Source: a virus
Taxonomy: Duplodnaviria; Heunggongvirae; Uroviricota; Caudoviricetes; Ackermannviridae
Strand: one strand, 5' to 3'
Virus record (IMG/VR): IMGVR_UViG_2974516482_000001
Coordinates: 31,225 to 95,224 of that record
DNA: 64,000 bases
Position 1 is the first letter of the stretch. Each line of letters opens with the position of its first letter. The notes beneath the pieces were generated by a model that was given only the letters and a program-made list of their open reading frames with translations, was not told the DNA's origin and did not search any database. The position numbers and the translations under genes are program-made. Below are positions 1 to 9,048 of this stretch, piece after piece.

Positions 1-570
1 AACTATTTCCGTGAAAAACTCTATGATGCTCTAATGATCCCTAAGAGCCGCCTCCAAGAGGAAGGATCTATTAACATTGGGGGTTCTAACCTTGCGGAGA
101 TTACACAGGAAGAGCTGCGTTTCAGCAAGTTCTGTGCTGGGTTGCGTCGCCGTTACTCCCATTTCTTTATGGAGTTTTTACGTCGTCAATTAATTTTGAA
201 AGGCGTAACGGATGAAAAGGATTGGAATGAGAAGATCAAACCGTTTATAAAGTTTGAATTCACATCAGATAGTTACATTCGTGAACAACAAGAAAACGCT
301 ATCTTGAATGATCGTCTGGCTTCATTGAACACTGTTGAGCCTTTTGTCGGTTCTATATTCTCCATTGATTACGTTATGAGAAATGTTCTCCGTATGTCTG
401 ATGAAGAAGTTAAAGAACAACAGGCCAAGATTGCAGAAGAGAAGAAGAAAGATCTCTATCCGAAGGTTCAGGCGGATGAAACTGGCAATTATAGTGGTTC
501 AGATGTTAGTCCGTTGAAGTTTAAACCTGAGACTATCCCATTCTCCGGTTCAACAGACGATAGTATTTAA
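1..570 (+). CDS. portal vertex protein (gp20-like), C-terminal part; gene continues upstream of window
   Basis: Open frame runs from base 1 with no stop. Position immediately upstream of the gp67/gp68/gp21/gp22/gp23 block matches T4 synteny. Confidence 0.5.
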   Translation, partial: NYFREKLYDALMIPKSRLQEEGSINIGGSNLAEITQEELRFSKFCAGLRRRYSHFFMEFLRRQLILKGVTDEKDWNEKIKPFIKFEFTSDSYIREQQENAILNDRLASLNTVEPFVGSIFSIDYVMRNVLRMSDEEVKEQQAKIAEEKKKDLYPKVQADETGNYSGSDVSPLKFKPETIPFSGSTDDSI

Positions 571-611
571 AGTTCAACTAAATATAGAAAATTAATTCGG
601 AGATCAAAATC

Positions 612-782
612 ATGAGCGCAATTGATATCGTTCGTGCAGTAATTGACGGTGACACTGAAACTGCTGTTGCAGAATGCAACATGGAACTTGATGCACGTAG
701 TCAAGAACTATTAAACCAAGGCACAGCATATGTTCTGGATTCTATCGCAGCTGATATGAATTCAAACAACAACGGCCAGTAA
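612..782 (+). CDS. small acidic protein (56 aa), gp67-like prohead core protein by position
   Basis: ATG at 612 with upstream GGAG. Acidic 56-aa product between portal and gp68-like genes. Confidence 0.35.
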   Translation: MSAIDIVRAVIDGDTETAVAECNMELDARSQELLNQGTAYVLDSIAADMNSNNNGQ

Positions 783-790
783 GGAGATGC

Positions 791-1108
791 ATGATGGAAA
801 TCACAGAGATCGCCACGTTCGCTGATTTCCTGGCCTCTCGTATGGACGAGCAGCGAGTCATCGATAAAGTGAACGCTCGTGGTAAACGCCGCCGCCGCTT
901 GAAATGTGCCCCTGGGTTCAAATTGTCGGCTGATGGTTCACGTTGTGAAGTTATGGACGCCAGCGAACGTCGTGTTCGCAAGATCGGCAACCGCAAAGCC
1001 CTCCGCTCTAAAAAGCGTATGGGAATGGGCTATCAACGTAAAATCGAGCGCCGCAAGAAAAAGGCTATGAAGTTCCGCAAAATGATGGGACTGAGTAAGA
1101 ACAAGTAA
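791..1108 (+). CDS. highly basic Arg/Lys-rich protein, gp68-like prohead core protein
   Basis: AAGGAG 4 nt before ATG. Acidic N-terminus and very basic C-terminus. Synteny just before the prohead protease. Confidence 0.45.
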   Translation: MMEITEIATFADFLASRMDEQRVIDKVNARGKRRRRLKCAPGFKLSADGSRCEVMDASERRVRKIGNRKALRSKKRMGMGYQRKIERRKKKAMKFRKMMGLSKNK

Positions 1109-1115
1109 GGAGTTT

Positions 1116-1784
1116 ATGATGAAACTGTTGCGTGAGATCACAGCGATAGGGAAGGATCTTCAAATCGGTGAGGCCACAACCTCAACTGGTGGGAAGGCCA
1201 TGTTCATCGAAGGTCCGTTTGTGATGTGTAACCAAGTCAACCGTAACCGGCGTAACTATGATCTGCAGAAAGTGGGTATTCCTGCTGTCGAAGCATACGA
1301 CAAAGAGTATATCCAAGATCGTCGCGCAATCGGTGAAGTCACACATCCTGACTATCCTTTCCCTAATCTGGTGGAAGCTGCGCTCAAAACCGAATCCCTT
1401 CGCTGGGAAGGCACTAATGCCATCGGTCGGGCGCGAATTTTAAATACACCAAAAGGCCAAATCATACGTGCATTGGCCGAAGCAGACTTCAATCTGGCCG
1501 TGTCTACACGTGGTCTGGGTGAGACCAAGTCAGTAAACGGTTATGACGACGTTCAACCTGGCTTTATGCTCACCGCTGTTGATGCAGTCGACCGTCCTTC
1601 TGGACAAGTTTGTTATGTTAAGGCTGTGAGTGAATCTGTTGAATGGCAGCTTGATGAGGCTTCGGGTATTTGGATGCCTCGTGATGTTAAAGGGAAAGTT
1701 GTAGACCAGTTGGTGAAAACCAATATCCAGGTTGAAGACGATTTCCTGCGCCGCCTTGATGCAGCATTGAATCATCTGGGCTGA
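1116..1784 (+). CDS. prohead core scaffold/protease (T4 gp21 family)
   Basis: 222 aa. Position and size match gp21. Sits between the gp68-like and scaffold genes. Confidence 0.75.
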   Translation: MMKLLREITAIGKDLQIGEATTSTGGKAMFIEGPFVMCNQVNRNRRNYDLQKVGIPAVEAYDKEYIQDRRAIGEVTHPDYPFPNLVEAALKTESLRWEGTNAIGRARILNTPKGQIIRALAEADFNLAVSTRGLGETKSVNGYDDVQPGFMLTAVDAVDRPSGQVCYVKAVSESVEWQLDEASGIWMPRDVKGKVVDQLVKTNIQVEDDFLRRLDAALNHLG

Positions 1785-1830
1785 ATTTCAGCTCACTAAA
1801 TACTGAAAAATCGTTCAGAAGGAAACTATC

Positions 1831-2670
1831 ATGAAACCTGAATTGCAAAAACTGTTTGAAGGCGTTAATGGCCTCAGCACCGATTTCTTGGACAAAGTAT
1901 CTGGTCTGCTGGAATCTAAAGTTGAAGCCGCCCGTCTGCAAGCTATTCAAGAAACTGAAGCGGCTGGTAACGTTGAGCGCCTGACTCTGGTAGAAGCCCA
2001 CCAGAAAGAAGTCGCAGACCTTAAAGAAAATTTCACTCTTCAGTTGGCGGAAAAAGTTGATTCGTTCCTCAACGCGGTTGTTGAAGAATGGGCTAACAAA
2101 AATGCTCCGGCTATTGACGCTCAGATCAAAACCGAAGCTGCTGAACGCTTCCTCACTGGTTTCTCTAATGTTCTGAAAGAAGCAGGTGTTAGTTTCGCCA
2201 CTGACCCAGACGGTCAGATTGCAGCTCTCACCAACCGCCTGGCTGAAGCAGAGCAACGCGCCAGCATTGCCAATACTGAATTGGCTCAGCTCAAAGAAAG
2301 TGAAACCAAACGCCAGCGCAATGATGTCATTGATCGTATTTGTGAAGGTATGGTTGACACCAAGAAAGACACTGTTGTCAACCTGCTGGAAGGTATTGAA
2401 TTCCAGACCGAGTCTGAATTTGAATCCCGTGTGCGCACCTTCCGTAACCTGGTAGAAGGCAAAGATGACTTCTCTGATAAAGTCGGCAAAGACAATGAAA
2501 AAGGCAAGCCGGATGGCGACAAGTCTGAAAAAGACATCAAAGAAGGTAAAAAACCGAAGAAAGAAGGTGAAGCCGACGATGATGACGATGACGATGATGA
2601 CAAAGACGAAGTTGGCAAAGAAGTCAACGAAGCCGTCCGTCGCCAGATCAGTGCTTTGCTGAACGGCTAA
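1831..2670 (+). CDS. prohead core scaffolding protein (gp22-like)
   Basis: Coiled-coil, Glu/Lys-rich 279-aa product with a poly-Asp tract. Immediately upstream of the major capsid gene. SD GAAGGA. Confidence 0.7.
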   Translation: MKPELQKLFEGVNGLSTDFLDKVSGLLESKVEAARLQAIQETEAAGNVERLTLVEAHQKEVADLKENFTLQLAEKVDSFLNAVVEEWANKNAPAIDAQIKTEAAERFLTGFSNVLKEAGVSFATDPDGQIAALTNRLAEAEQRASIANTELAQLKESETKRQRNDVIDRICEGMVDTKKDTVVNLLEGIEFQTESEFESRVRTFRNLVEGKDDFSDKVGKDNEKGKPDGDKSEKDIKEGKKPKKEGEADDDDDDDDDKDEVGKEVNEAVRRQISALLNG

Positions 2671-2761
2671 TTTTAGCAGCCACAGCCCTCGAAAGGGGGC
2701 TTGATTTTGAACTACTAAGTAATTTCAACTTAACTGAATATCAATGTAAGGAACGAGCATC

Positions 2762-4084
2762 ATGACTAAGAAACTTGTAACCGAAGAAATGCGCAAACAG
2801 TGGCTGCCAGTTCTCCAAAAAGAATCTGAAGCTATTCAACCTCTGTCTGCCGAAAACGTAACCATCCGTCTGATGCAGAACCAGGCTGAATGGAACGCAA
2901 AAAACCTGGGCGAATCTGACGCACCTGGTTCTGTGAACAGCACTGTCGGTAAATGGCAGCCAGTTCTGATCGACATGGCAAAACGTCTGGCGCCGATCAA
3001 CATCGCGATGGACTTCTTCGGTGTTCAGCCGCTGTCTGGTCCTGACGGTCAGATCTTTGCACTGCGCGCTCGCCAGGGTGTTGGTGACAGTTCCAACACC
3101 GCACAGTCTCGTAAAGAACTGTTCATGCAGGAAGCCGATTCCGGCTATTCCGGTGATGGTACTGTACAGGCTGGCGACCCGTCAGGCTTTAGTCAGGCTG
3201 AGATCGAAGGTTCCGGCTCTGTCGTGACCACTATCGGTAAAGGTATGCCGTCAACCGACGCGGAACTGCTGGGTACTACCACCAATCCGTGGGCGCGTGT
3301 TGGTATCACCGTTCAGAAAGCGACCGTTACTGCCAAGTCTCGCGGCCTGTACGCTGATTACAGCCATGAACTGCGTCAGGACATGATGGCAATTCACGGC
3401 GAAGACGTGGATAATATCCTGTCTGACGTGATGGTAACTGAAATTCAGGCGGAAATGAACCGTGAATTCATCCGCACCATGAACTTCAGTGCCGTTCGCT
3501 TCAAAAAATTCGGCGCCAACGGTGTTGTTGATATCACGCAGGACATCTCCGGTCGTTGGGCGCTGGAAAAATGGAAATTCCTGACTTTCATGCTGGAAGT
3601 CGAAGCGAATGGTATCGGCGTTGACACCCGTCGTGGTAAAGGCAACCGTGTTCTGTGTTCTCCGAACGTGGCGTCTGCTCTGGCAATGTCCGGCATGCTG
3701 GACTATGCTCCGGTTCTGCAGGAAAACACCAAACTGGCTGTTGACCCGACTGGTCAGACCTTCGCGGGTGTTCTGTCCAACGGCATGCGCGTCTATGTTG
3801 ACCCATATGCTGTAGCAGAATATATCACCCTGGCGTATAAAGGCGCGACCGCGCTGGATGCTGGTATCTTCTTCGCGCCGTATGTGCCGCTGGAAATGTA
3901 CCGCACCCAGGGTGAAACCACCTTCGCTCCGCGTATGGCGTTCAAAACCCGTTACGGCATCTGTGCTAACCCGTTCGCACAGATTCCGGCTAACCAAGAC
4001 CCGCAGGTTTACGTGACTGCTGACGGTATTGCCCAGGATAGTAATCCATATTTCCGTAAAGGCTTAATCAAAAGTTTGTTTTAA
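2762..4084 (+). CDS. major capsid protein (T4 gp23 family)
   Basis: Motifs FGVQPLSGPDGQIFALRA and C-terminal NPYFRKGLIK align with T4 gp23 (FDICGVQPMNSPTGQVFALRA ... NAYFRRVYVKGI). Strong codon bias. Terminator follows. Confidence 0.9.
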   Translation: MTKKLVTEEMRKQWLPVLQKESEAIQPLSAENVTIRLMQNQAEWNAKNLGESDAPGSVNSTVGKWQPVLIDMAKRLAPINIAMDFFGVQPLSGPDGQIFALRARQGVGDSSNTAQSRKELFMQEADSGYSGDGTVQAGDPSGFSQAEIEGSGSVVTTIGKGMPSTDAELLGTTTNPWARVGITVQKATVTAKSRGLYADYSHELRQDMMAIHGEDVDNILSDVMVTEIQAEMNREFIRTMNFSAVRFKKFGANGVVDITQDISGRWALEKWKFLTFMLEVEANGIGVDTRRGKGNRVLCSPNVASALAMSGMLDYAPVLQENTKLAVDPTGQTFAGVLSNGMRVYVDPYAVAEYITLAYKGATALDAGIFFAPYVPLEMYRTQGETTFAPRMAFKTRYGICANPFAQIPANQDPQVYVTADGIAQDSNPYFRKGLIKSLF

Positions 4085-4099
4085 TTAACAACAACTTAC

Positions 4100-4126
4100 A
4101 AACCCCGCTTCGGCGGGGTTTTTATT
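4100..4126 (+). terminator. rho-independent terminator after major capsid gene
   Basis: aaaccccgcttcggcggggttttt hairpin plus T-run. Confidence 0.6.
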
Positions 4127-4165
4127 TCAGAAGTATGGGGTTATAATGTCCTGAAAGGGGGAATT

Positions 4166-4813
4166 ATGAACCAACCATACGTTTACAAAATAGAATCAAA
4201 AGATGGACACATCTATTATGGATGTCGTCACGCAAAGAACTGTCACCCCAAAGAACTTTGGGTAAAATATTTCACGTCCTCGAAAGTCGTCCAATCCCTT
4301 GTATCACAACATGGACCAGATTACTTCACCCATGAAGTGATAATGCTATGTCGGGACGGAGAGGAAGCCCTCCAAGTTGAAGCGCAATTGATCGAATCCG
4401 TCCACACCAATCCTCTTTGTTTAAATCGTTTCCATGTTAAGAAAGATGGTTCCCTCGTTTATTTTGGGAGGACTGGGCCACTCAGCGAGGAAGCAAAGGT
4501 GCATTTGTCTAATGTAAACAGAGGGAAGAATAAACCAATTGGATTTTCGGAAACATCACGGCAAGCCCAAATCAAATATCAAGCAAGCGTGAGGATATGG
4601 AATCGACCTAGAGCCAAACCATTACAACACGTTTGGGCTATGGCTGACCAATTCTATCAATTATGGAAGAATGAAGGTTGGGGGCATGAACGTTTTTGTA
4701 ATCGGATGAACAATGGCAAAAACGTTCGCACATGCCACAACATGTACAAAATGTTCAAATACGAAAATTGGGTTCCTATGGAAGACCCTGAATGGGTAAA
4801 TGATTTCATGTAG
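4166..4813 (+). CDS. GIY-YIG homing endonuclease (Seg-like)
   Basis: N-terminal PYVYKIESKDGHIYYG...R GIY-YIG motif. Own promoter-like TTATAAT upstream. Paralog of the ORF at 35970. Confidence 0.75.
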   Translation: MNQPYVYKIESKDGHIYYGCRHAKNCHPKELWVKYFTSSKVVQSLVSQHGPDYFTHEVIMLCRDGEEALQVEAQLIESVHTNPLCLNRFHVKKDGSLVYFGRTGPLSEEAKVHLSNVNRGKNKPIGFSETSRQAQIKYQASVRIWNRPRAKPLQHVWAMADQFYQLWKNEGWGHERFCNRMNNGKNVRTCHNMYKMFKYENWVPMEDPEWVNDFM

Positions 4814-5113
4814 TTTTTCTTTATCTGCCCTCAGTGCTATCATGATATGGTCTATCACTGAGGAAACAAACATGAATCTATCAGGAGCAGCAATTGATGT
4901 TCTATACCAACTTTTCTGGTTTGGTCCAAGAGAAGCTGGTGAAATTCCGTCCAAATCTGGTGAGTTGGAATTGTTGTCTAACGGGTTGTGCGAACGTTTA
5001 GACTTGATTTCTACTCCTAAAGGCAAAGATACTCACCTCTGTGTTTTGACCCCAAATGGTTATATCCAATGCCGCGCCCTTTTTGTCCATTCCAACAAAC
5101 AGGAAACTAAATC

Positions 5114-5668
5114 ATGTCATCAAACATCCAATTAACTCTGTCTTCCCTGATCCCAGCATTCCGTAGCAATCTGGAAAATCTCCGTATTGTTCGGGATCGT
5201 TTACAAAACCTGGCAATCCAATTGGGTTATGTTGAAGCCCCAACCGCTGTCAAAGACGATAGCGCTGGACCCACCAATCTTATCGAAGCATACGACGATG
5301 TCGGTCGCGAAACGAATGGTATTATCCGGAGTATCGAAGATTATACCGTTTTTATCGAAAATGCTACGGGTTCTGCGTATCATCCAAATAGTGGTGAAGA
5401 GCAGCATTCCGCATTAACAACTGAGGCCATCATGAGAATTAAAAAGATCGGCGCAAGTCCGCTCACAGGGACAATCTTCCAGGGCACTCTGAATACTAAG
5501 ACCAGCATGTGGGTCGGTGAGAAGACTGATGTGACTAACGACTGTGTAGCAGCTACGGCTGAACACATGCGTCACATCAAGAAAGACTACTGCTTCCCTA
5601 CTAAAGACGGCAAGTTCCTGGTGCTGAGCGCTGAGGTTCACGACACTCTTCCTGATCGCTTCAAATAA
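5114..5668 (+). CDS. hypothetical protein (184 aa)
   Basis: ORF with aaatcATG context and good coding bias. Confidence 0.5.
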   Translation: MSSNIQLTLSSLIPAFRSNLENLRIVRDRLQNLAIQLGYVEAPTAVKDDSAGPTNLIEAYDDVGRETNGIIRSIEDYTVFIENATGSAYHPNSGEEQHSALTTEAIMRIKKIGASPLTGTIFQGTLNTKTSMWVGEKTDVTNDCVAATAEHMRHIKKDYCFPTKDGKFLVLSAEVHDTLPDRFK

Positions 5669-5694
5669 ATTTAAAATTTATTCAATAAACGGGG

Positions 5695-5722
5695 TTTACT
5701 TCTTCAATAAACCCCGTATACT
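5695..5722 (+). promoter_or_regulatory. sigma70-like early promoter cassette (TTTACT-16-TATACT) embedded in hairpin
   Basis: -35 TTTACT, 16 nt spacer, -10 TATACT. Flanked by a cgggg/ccccg stem. Downstream 70 nt are about 75% identical to 43079-43150. Confidence 0.4.
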
Positions 5723-5771
5723 TAATTCCATAAGCAGCACAACACTGACTCTGAAATGAAGGAAATATATC

Positions 5772-6053
5772 ATGGCAACTAAAGCGCAATTGGCCGAAGC
5801 CCTGAATGCTGGCACTATCACTCACTCTCGTTACAGAGTAACATTGCAGCAATTTGTTGGTATGGCCGTCGGAAATGCCAAATTCACTCCAATCTCTTCC
5901 CCTGAAAAATTTCCAGTTAAGTCTAGCCAGCCGAAGTTTTCAGTAGTTTGCCAGGGTGAAGAAATCACCGCTCTGTGGGAATATGATAACATGTATTTTG
6001 AATGTTCTGACGGCGTGTTAGCATACCATGTGGAAGGTGAGCATTTGTTCTAA
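5772..6053 (+). CDS. hypothetical protein (93 aa)
   Basis: GAAGGAaatatatcATG initiation region shared with other cassette genes. Confidence 0.5.
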   Translation: MATKAQLAEALNAGTITHSRYRVTLQQFVGMAVGNAKFTPISSPEKFPVKSSQPKFSVVCQGEEITALWEYDNMYFECSDGVLAYHVEGEHLF

Positions 6054-6113
6054 ACCTTTGAACGGGGTATGTTAACTGCATACCCTTATCCCCTACAAAT
6101 AGAGGACTTTATC

Positions 6114-6434
6114 ATGGCCAACAGCATCTCAATTTCAGAAGAAGTCGTGAAAGAGAACCCACGCGCTCGCAAACCTCGCCGTCGCCTGACCACTAAGCTG
6201 GATCTTCTGAAACAGAAGTTCGGCGATCACAGTGTGTTCACTCGCATCCGTAACGCATTAAAGGAAGGGCGAACCGAGTTGGAGCTATATCGTCCGAACG
6301 GTTCGACTCGAGCGTATCAGACCACCGACGGTTTGCTGGAACTGATACGCCTATCAGGGATGAACATAGAACCCCGTTCATCGGGAACCCCGCTATGCAG
6401 CCTGTACGTCATCAGCAATCTTGGGGTGCTGTGA
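6114..6434 (+). CDS. hypothetical protein (106 aa, basic)
   Basis: GAGGA SD and tttatcATG context. ORF-track start at 6069 is TTG; 6114 is preferred. Confidence 0.45.
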   Translation: MANSISISEEVVKENPRARKPRRRLTTKLDLLKQKFGDHSVFTRIRNALKEGRTELELYRPNGSTRAYQTTDGLLELIRLSGMNIEPRSSGTPLCSLYVISNLGVL

Positions 6435-6439
6435 GTTCT

Positions 6440-6862
6440 ATGAAGAAGTATATCGTTCTTATAACGGGTTCCCGTTCTATAACTGAGCGGGACAAAATAT
6501 TTGCCAAATTAGATGAACTCTTAATCCCTCACGAGATAGAGACGTTTATTGAAGGTGAAGCAGTAGGTGTGGATCTGATATCCCGTGATTGGTGTGAAAT
6601 CAATTATGTGCATATCACACCAATGCCGATTCCTCAAAATTACCATACGTTATATGGGAAAGGTGCGGGCAATCAACGTAACAAAGATATGTTAGACAAA
6701 GCTATGACCCTGGCCAAACAAAAAGGTCTTGAGGTCTTTGGAATTGCATTATGGGATGGTTCGTCTACTGGGACGCAAGACATGATTACCCGCATGAAAA
6801 AAGCAGGTGTCAATGTCAATATCACTCTCATGGGCAAACCCAAAACCAAACGATTGTTATAA
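6440..6862 (+). CDS. hypothetical Rossmann-like protein (possible SLOG/DUF2493-like; ITGSRS motif)
   Basis: N-terminal MKKYIVLITGSRS resembles the SLOG/DprA-like nucleotide-binding loop. Tentative. Confidence 0.3.
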   Translation: MKKYIVLITGSRSITERDKIFAKLDELLIPHEIETFIEGEAVGVDLISRDWCEINYVHITPMPIPQNYHTLYGKGAGNQRNKDMLDKAMTLAKQKGLEVFGIALWDGSSTGTQDMITRMKKAGVNVNITLMGKPKTKRLL

Positions 6863-6896
6863 ATATGTTTGCCTTCACACCCATATGGAGTTAGCT

Positions 6897-7067
6897 ATGC
6901 TGCAATTAATTTTGATTCTTTGCGTCGCTTTTACCATGTACTTTCTGGCGCGAATCAGTTATATCACACTAAATGATCTGAAAAATACACCACGCGAACC
7001 TAAATTTATATTTCTAAAGAAATACACCAAAAAGTTCTGCGAGAATTTTATCTATCATCTTCCATGA
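6897..7067 (+). CDS. small hydrophobic membrane protein (56 aa)
   Basis: GGAG 6 nt before ATG. One predicted TM helix (LQLILILCVAFTMYFLARI). Confidence 0.3.
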   Translation: MLQLILILCVAFTMYFLARISYITLNDLKNTPREPKFIFLKKYTKKFCENFIYHLP

Positions 7068-7068
7068 T

Positions 7069-7093
7069 TATAAATACCCCCAAAATTGGGGGT
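7069..7093 (+). promoter_or_regulatory. T4 late-promoter-like TATAAATA followed by ccccc-aaaatt-ggggg hairpin abutting the start codon
   Basis: TATAAATA at 7069-7076. Perfect 5-bp G/C stem at 7077-7092, then tattttATG (7099). Confidence 0.35.
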
Positions 7094-7098
7094 ATTTT

Positions 7099-7827
7099 AT
7101 GAACGCACAAATCTACGATGTCCTTTCCTCTGGCAATGCATTTAGCAATCCGCTTCCATCCCTCTCCGGTCCTTCTCAGGATTTAATAACCAGTGGCATC
7201 ACCAATATACCATTGATAACTGCCAACGCTACTCCGGAGATGCAGGCGGCTATGGCAGCTGGTGGACTAACACCAGAAAAACTCACAGCAGCCACCACCA
7301 TGTATAGCACCGCCAACACGGGGATAACGACACTGAACACATATGGCGACCAAAGTATCAATGACGCGTATTCTCGCATCGGTACTTCCGTGTCATACAA
7401 ATCAGGTCTGAAGGGTATATCACGAGAGCCAAACAATTGTGATTTGATCAACAAGGCTTTTGGTGTTGTTCAGGATTTAGGACGCCAATGGCTGAATGCT
7501 ATGGAAGGCGCTCTACAGACCGTAACAAACAAGATATCGGAATTGTATGAGATGATCATGGAAGGTGCCTCAGAAGGAATGGCAAAGCTGCAGGAATTGG
7601 CTGCAGAAGTAACGGGACACATCAATACTGCGATAACCGCAGTCAACGGGGTTATAAGTGATATTACAGATGGTATAGCCGCAGAACTTGCTCACATTGA
7701 AAGCATGATCAAAGAGTGCTTGAATTTCTCTTTTGCTAACGTGCTCGGGGAATGGGCTAAAGATCTGTGCGCCGGAGGTGTTATTGACAAAATAGGGACT
7801 CCAGCATTAAAAGAATCCCTGAAATAA
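7099..7827 (+). CDS. hypothetical protein (242 aa, Ala/Thr/Gly-rich; possible virion protein)
   Basis: ORF directly behind the late-promoter-like motif. Confidence 0.5.
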   Translation: MNAQIYDVLSSGNAFSNPLPSLSGPSQDLITSGITNIPLITANATPEMQAAMAAGGLTPEKLTAATTMYSTANTGITTLNTYGDQSINDAYSRIGTSVSYKSGLKGISREPNNCDLINKAFGVVQDLGRQWLNAMEGALQTVTNKISELYEMIMEGASEGMAKLQELAAEVTGHINTAITAVNGVISDITDGIAAELAHIESMIKECLNFSFANVLGEWAKDLCAGGVIDKIGTPALKESLK

Positions 7828-7828
7828 A

Positions 7829-8449
7829 TCAATGACGAGCAGGGAGGACTCCCACTGGTTCGATGCCTTCAATCATCAGGGAGTCCACTCCAACATCGCT
7901 CAGGCGAATCCAAACCTTACCCCCTGGCCTTATCTCATAGATGTTCATCTCGTTTCCAACAGCAGACCCATTCACAAAAACGCCTTGAGTAGCAATCCGA
8001 ATAGGCGTTTTTGTGTTGTTAATTATCTGAAAAGATATCGTGATATCCCTTGTCAATCCAACATTTCTTGCTGTTGTATATCTCCTCAATTTTTCAAAGA
8101 AAGATGGATTGAATGTGGCTATGATGCTGTTGTTTTGTGAGTAGTAAATACTGGCAGACAGATAAGGGATTTTTCCCTCATCACCTTTCCTCAATAGAGG
8201 GATCGTGGTTTTCCAGTACGGTCTCAACGCCTGGTTGTTATCATAAAAACAACCGACGACTTGTATGGTTTGGAAATTCTGGAAGTCAGCCACAACTTGA
8301 TTCAGTAACTTTTTATTACATTTGTCGACATCAGCAGAAATATTGACTGGTATAGTTCTGATTTCAGGATCCCAAAGATCGGTGACAGAAATGACGGACG
8401 TGACAAAGATACGGCAGCTTGTAAGTACAAGAACCATTATCATCGTCAT
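7829..8449 (-). CDS. hypothetical protein, possible lipoprotein (lipobox-like LTSC near N-terminus)
   Basis: Longest ORF in the region, on the minus strand. The track start at 8527 is TTG; internal ATG chosen. Start uncertain. Confidence 0.35.
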   Translation of the reverse strand: MTMIMVLVLTSCRIFVTSVISVTDLWDPEIRTIPVNISADVDKCNKKLLNQVVADFQNFQTIQVVGCFYDNNQALRPYWKTTIPLLRKGDEGKIPYLSASIYYSQNNSIIATFNPSFFEKLRRYTTARNVGLTRDITISFQIINNTKTPIRIATQGVFVNGSAVGNEMNIYEIRPGGKVWIRLSDVGVDSLMIEGIEPVGVLPARH

Positions 8450-8512
8450 GATCCATTTTCTGAATCCACGTATCAGGAACACTAAAACGTTCTCCACAGC
8501 AAAGGTGCTAAC

Positions 8513-9010
8513 ATGACAGGTGTACAATTCAAAAACGAAAATCCTAATTTCGCGGCTTCCGATAAATGGCGCTTAACTATCGGAGACCTGATATTGCTTA
8601 CTCGTTCAATACATGACTTCAGTATTCCTGGAGTGTATTCTGAAGGTATCGAGGGACCATCCCCTGGTGATGTGCTCAACTCCATACCTTCAGAACGTCT
8701 CACGTATGACCCCATCGTATTTACGTTCGTTATCGATGAGAGTTGGTACAACTGGGAACAGATTTACAATTGGATTGCGTCCAATGCTGGATCTGATTTA
8801 GCTGTCAGCCGCGACATCACCATCGACCTTCTTGATAACATGAATCGACCTATTGGTCTACAATTGTTGTTGGAAGAAGCCCGTCCCACAGCTTTGGACA
8901 ACGTATTGGTGGATGTGGATGCTGCAGTTCCCCAACTGGTCACGACTGTTACGTTCAAATATTTGAAACTGACTCCGACTCGCGTCACCCGCGAAATTGA
9001 TAAACAATAA
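8513..9010 (+). CDS. hypothetical structural protein, tentative tail-tube (gp19/gp54) family
   Basis: AAGGTG SD. Weak pattern similarity to the T4 gp19 N-terminal region. Tentative. Confidence 0.3.
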   Translation: MTGVQFKNENPNFAASDKWRLTIGDLILLTRSIHDFSIPGVYSEGIEGPSPGDVLNSIPSERLTYDPIVFTFVIDESWYNWEQIYNWIASNAGSDLAVSRDITIDLLDNMNRPIGLQLLLEEARPTALDNVLVDVDAAVPQLVTTVTFKYLKLTPTRVTREIDKQ

Positions 9011-9048
9011 GTTATAATACAGAGAGTTGAAACAGCAGGGAATAAATC

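Noticed and set aside
2572-2610. gacgatgatgac... repeat that looks like a tandem DNA repeat
   Set aside because: It simply encodes the poly-Asp tract of the gp22-like scaffold protein. It is in frame and is not a non-coding repeat element.
3251-3997. 248-aa minus-strand ORF antisense to the major capsid gene (similar long antisense ORFs at 18344-19393, 20722-21462, 21832-22545, 26230-26976, 22560-23474)
   Set aside because: They lie entirely inside strongly codon-biased plus-strand genes with clear homologs. The products are low-complexity and Arg/His-rich, with no SD. These are typical antisense artifacts of moderately GC-rich coding DNA.
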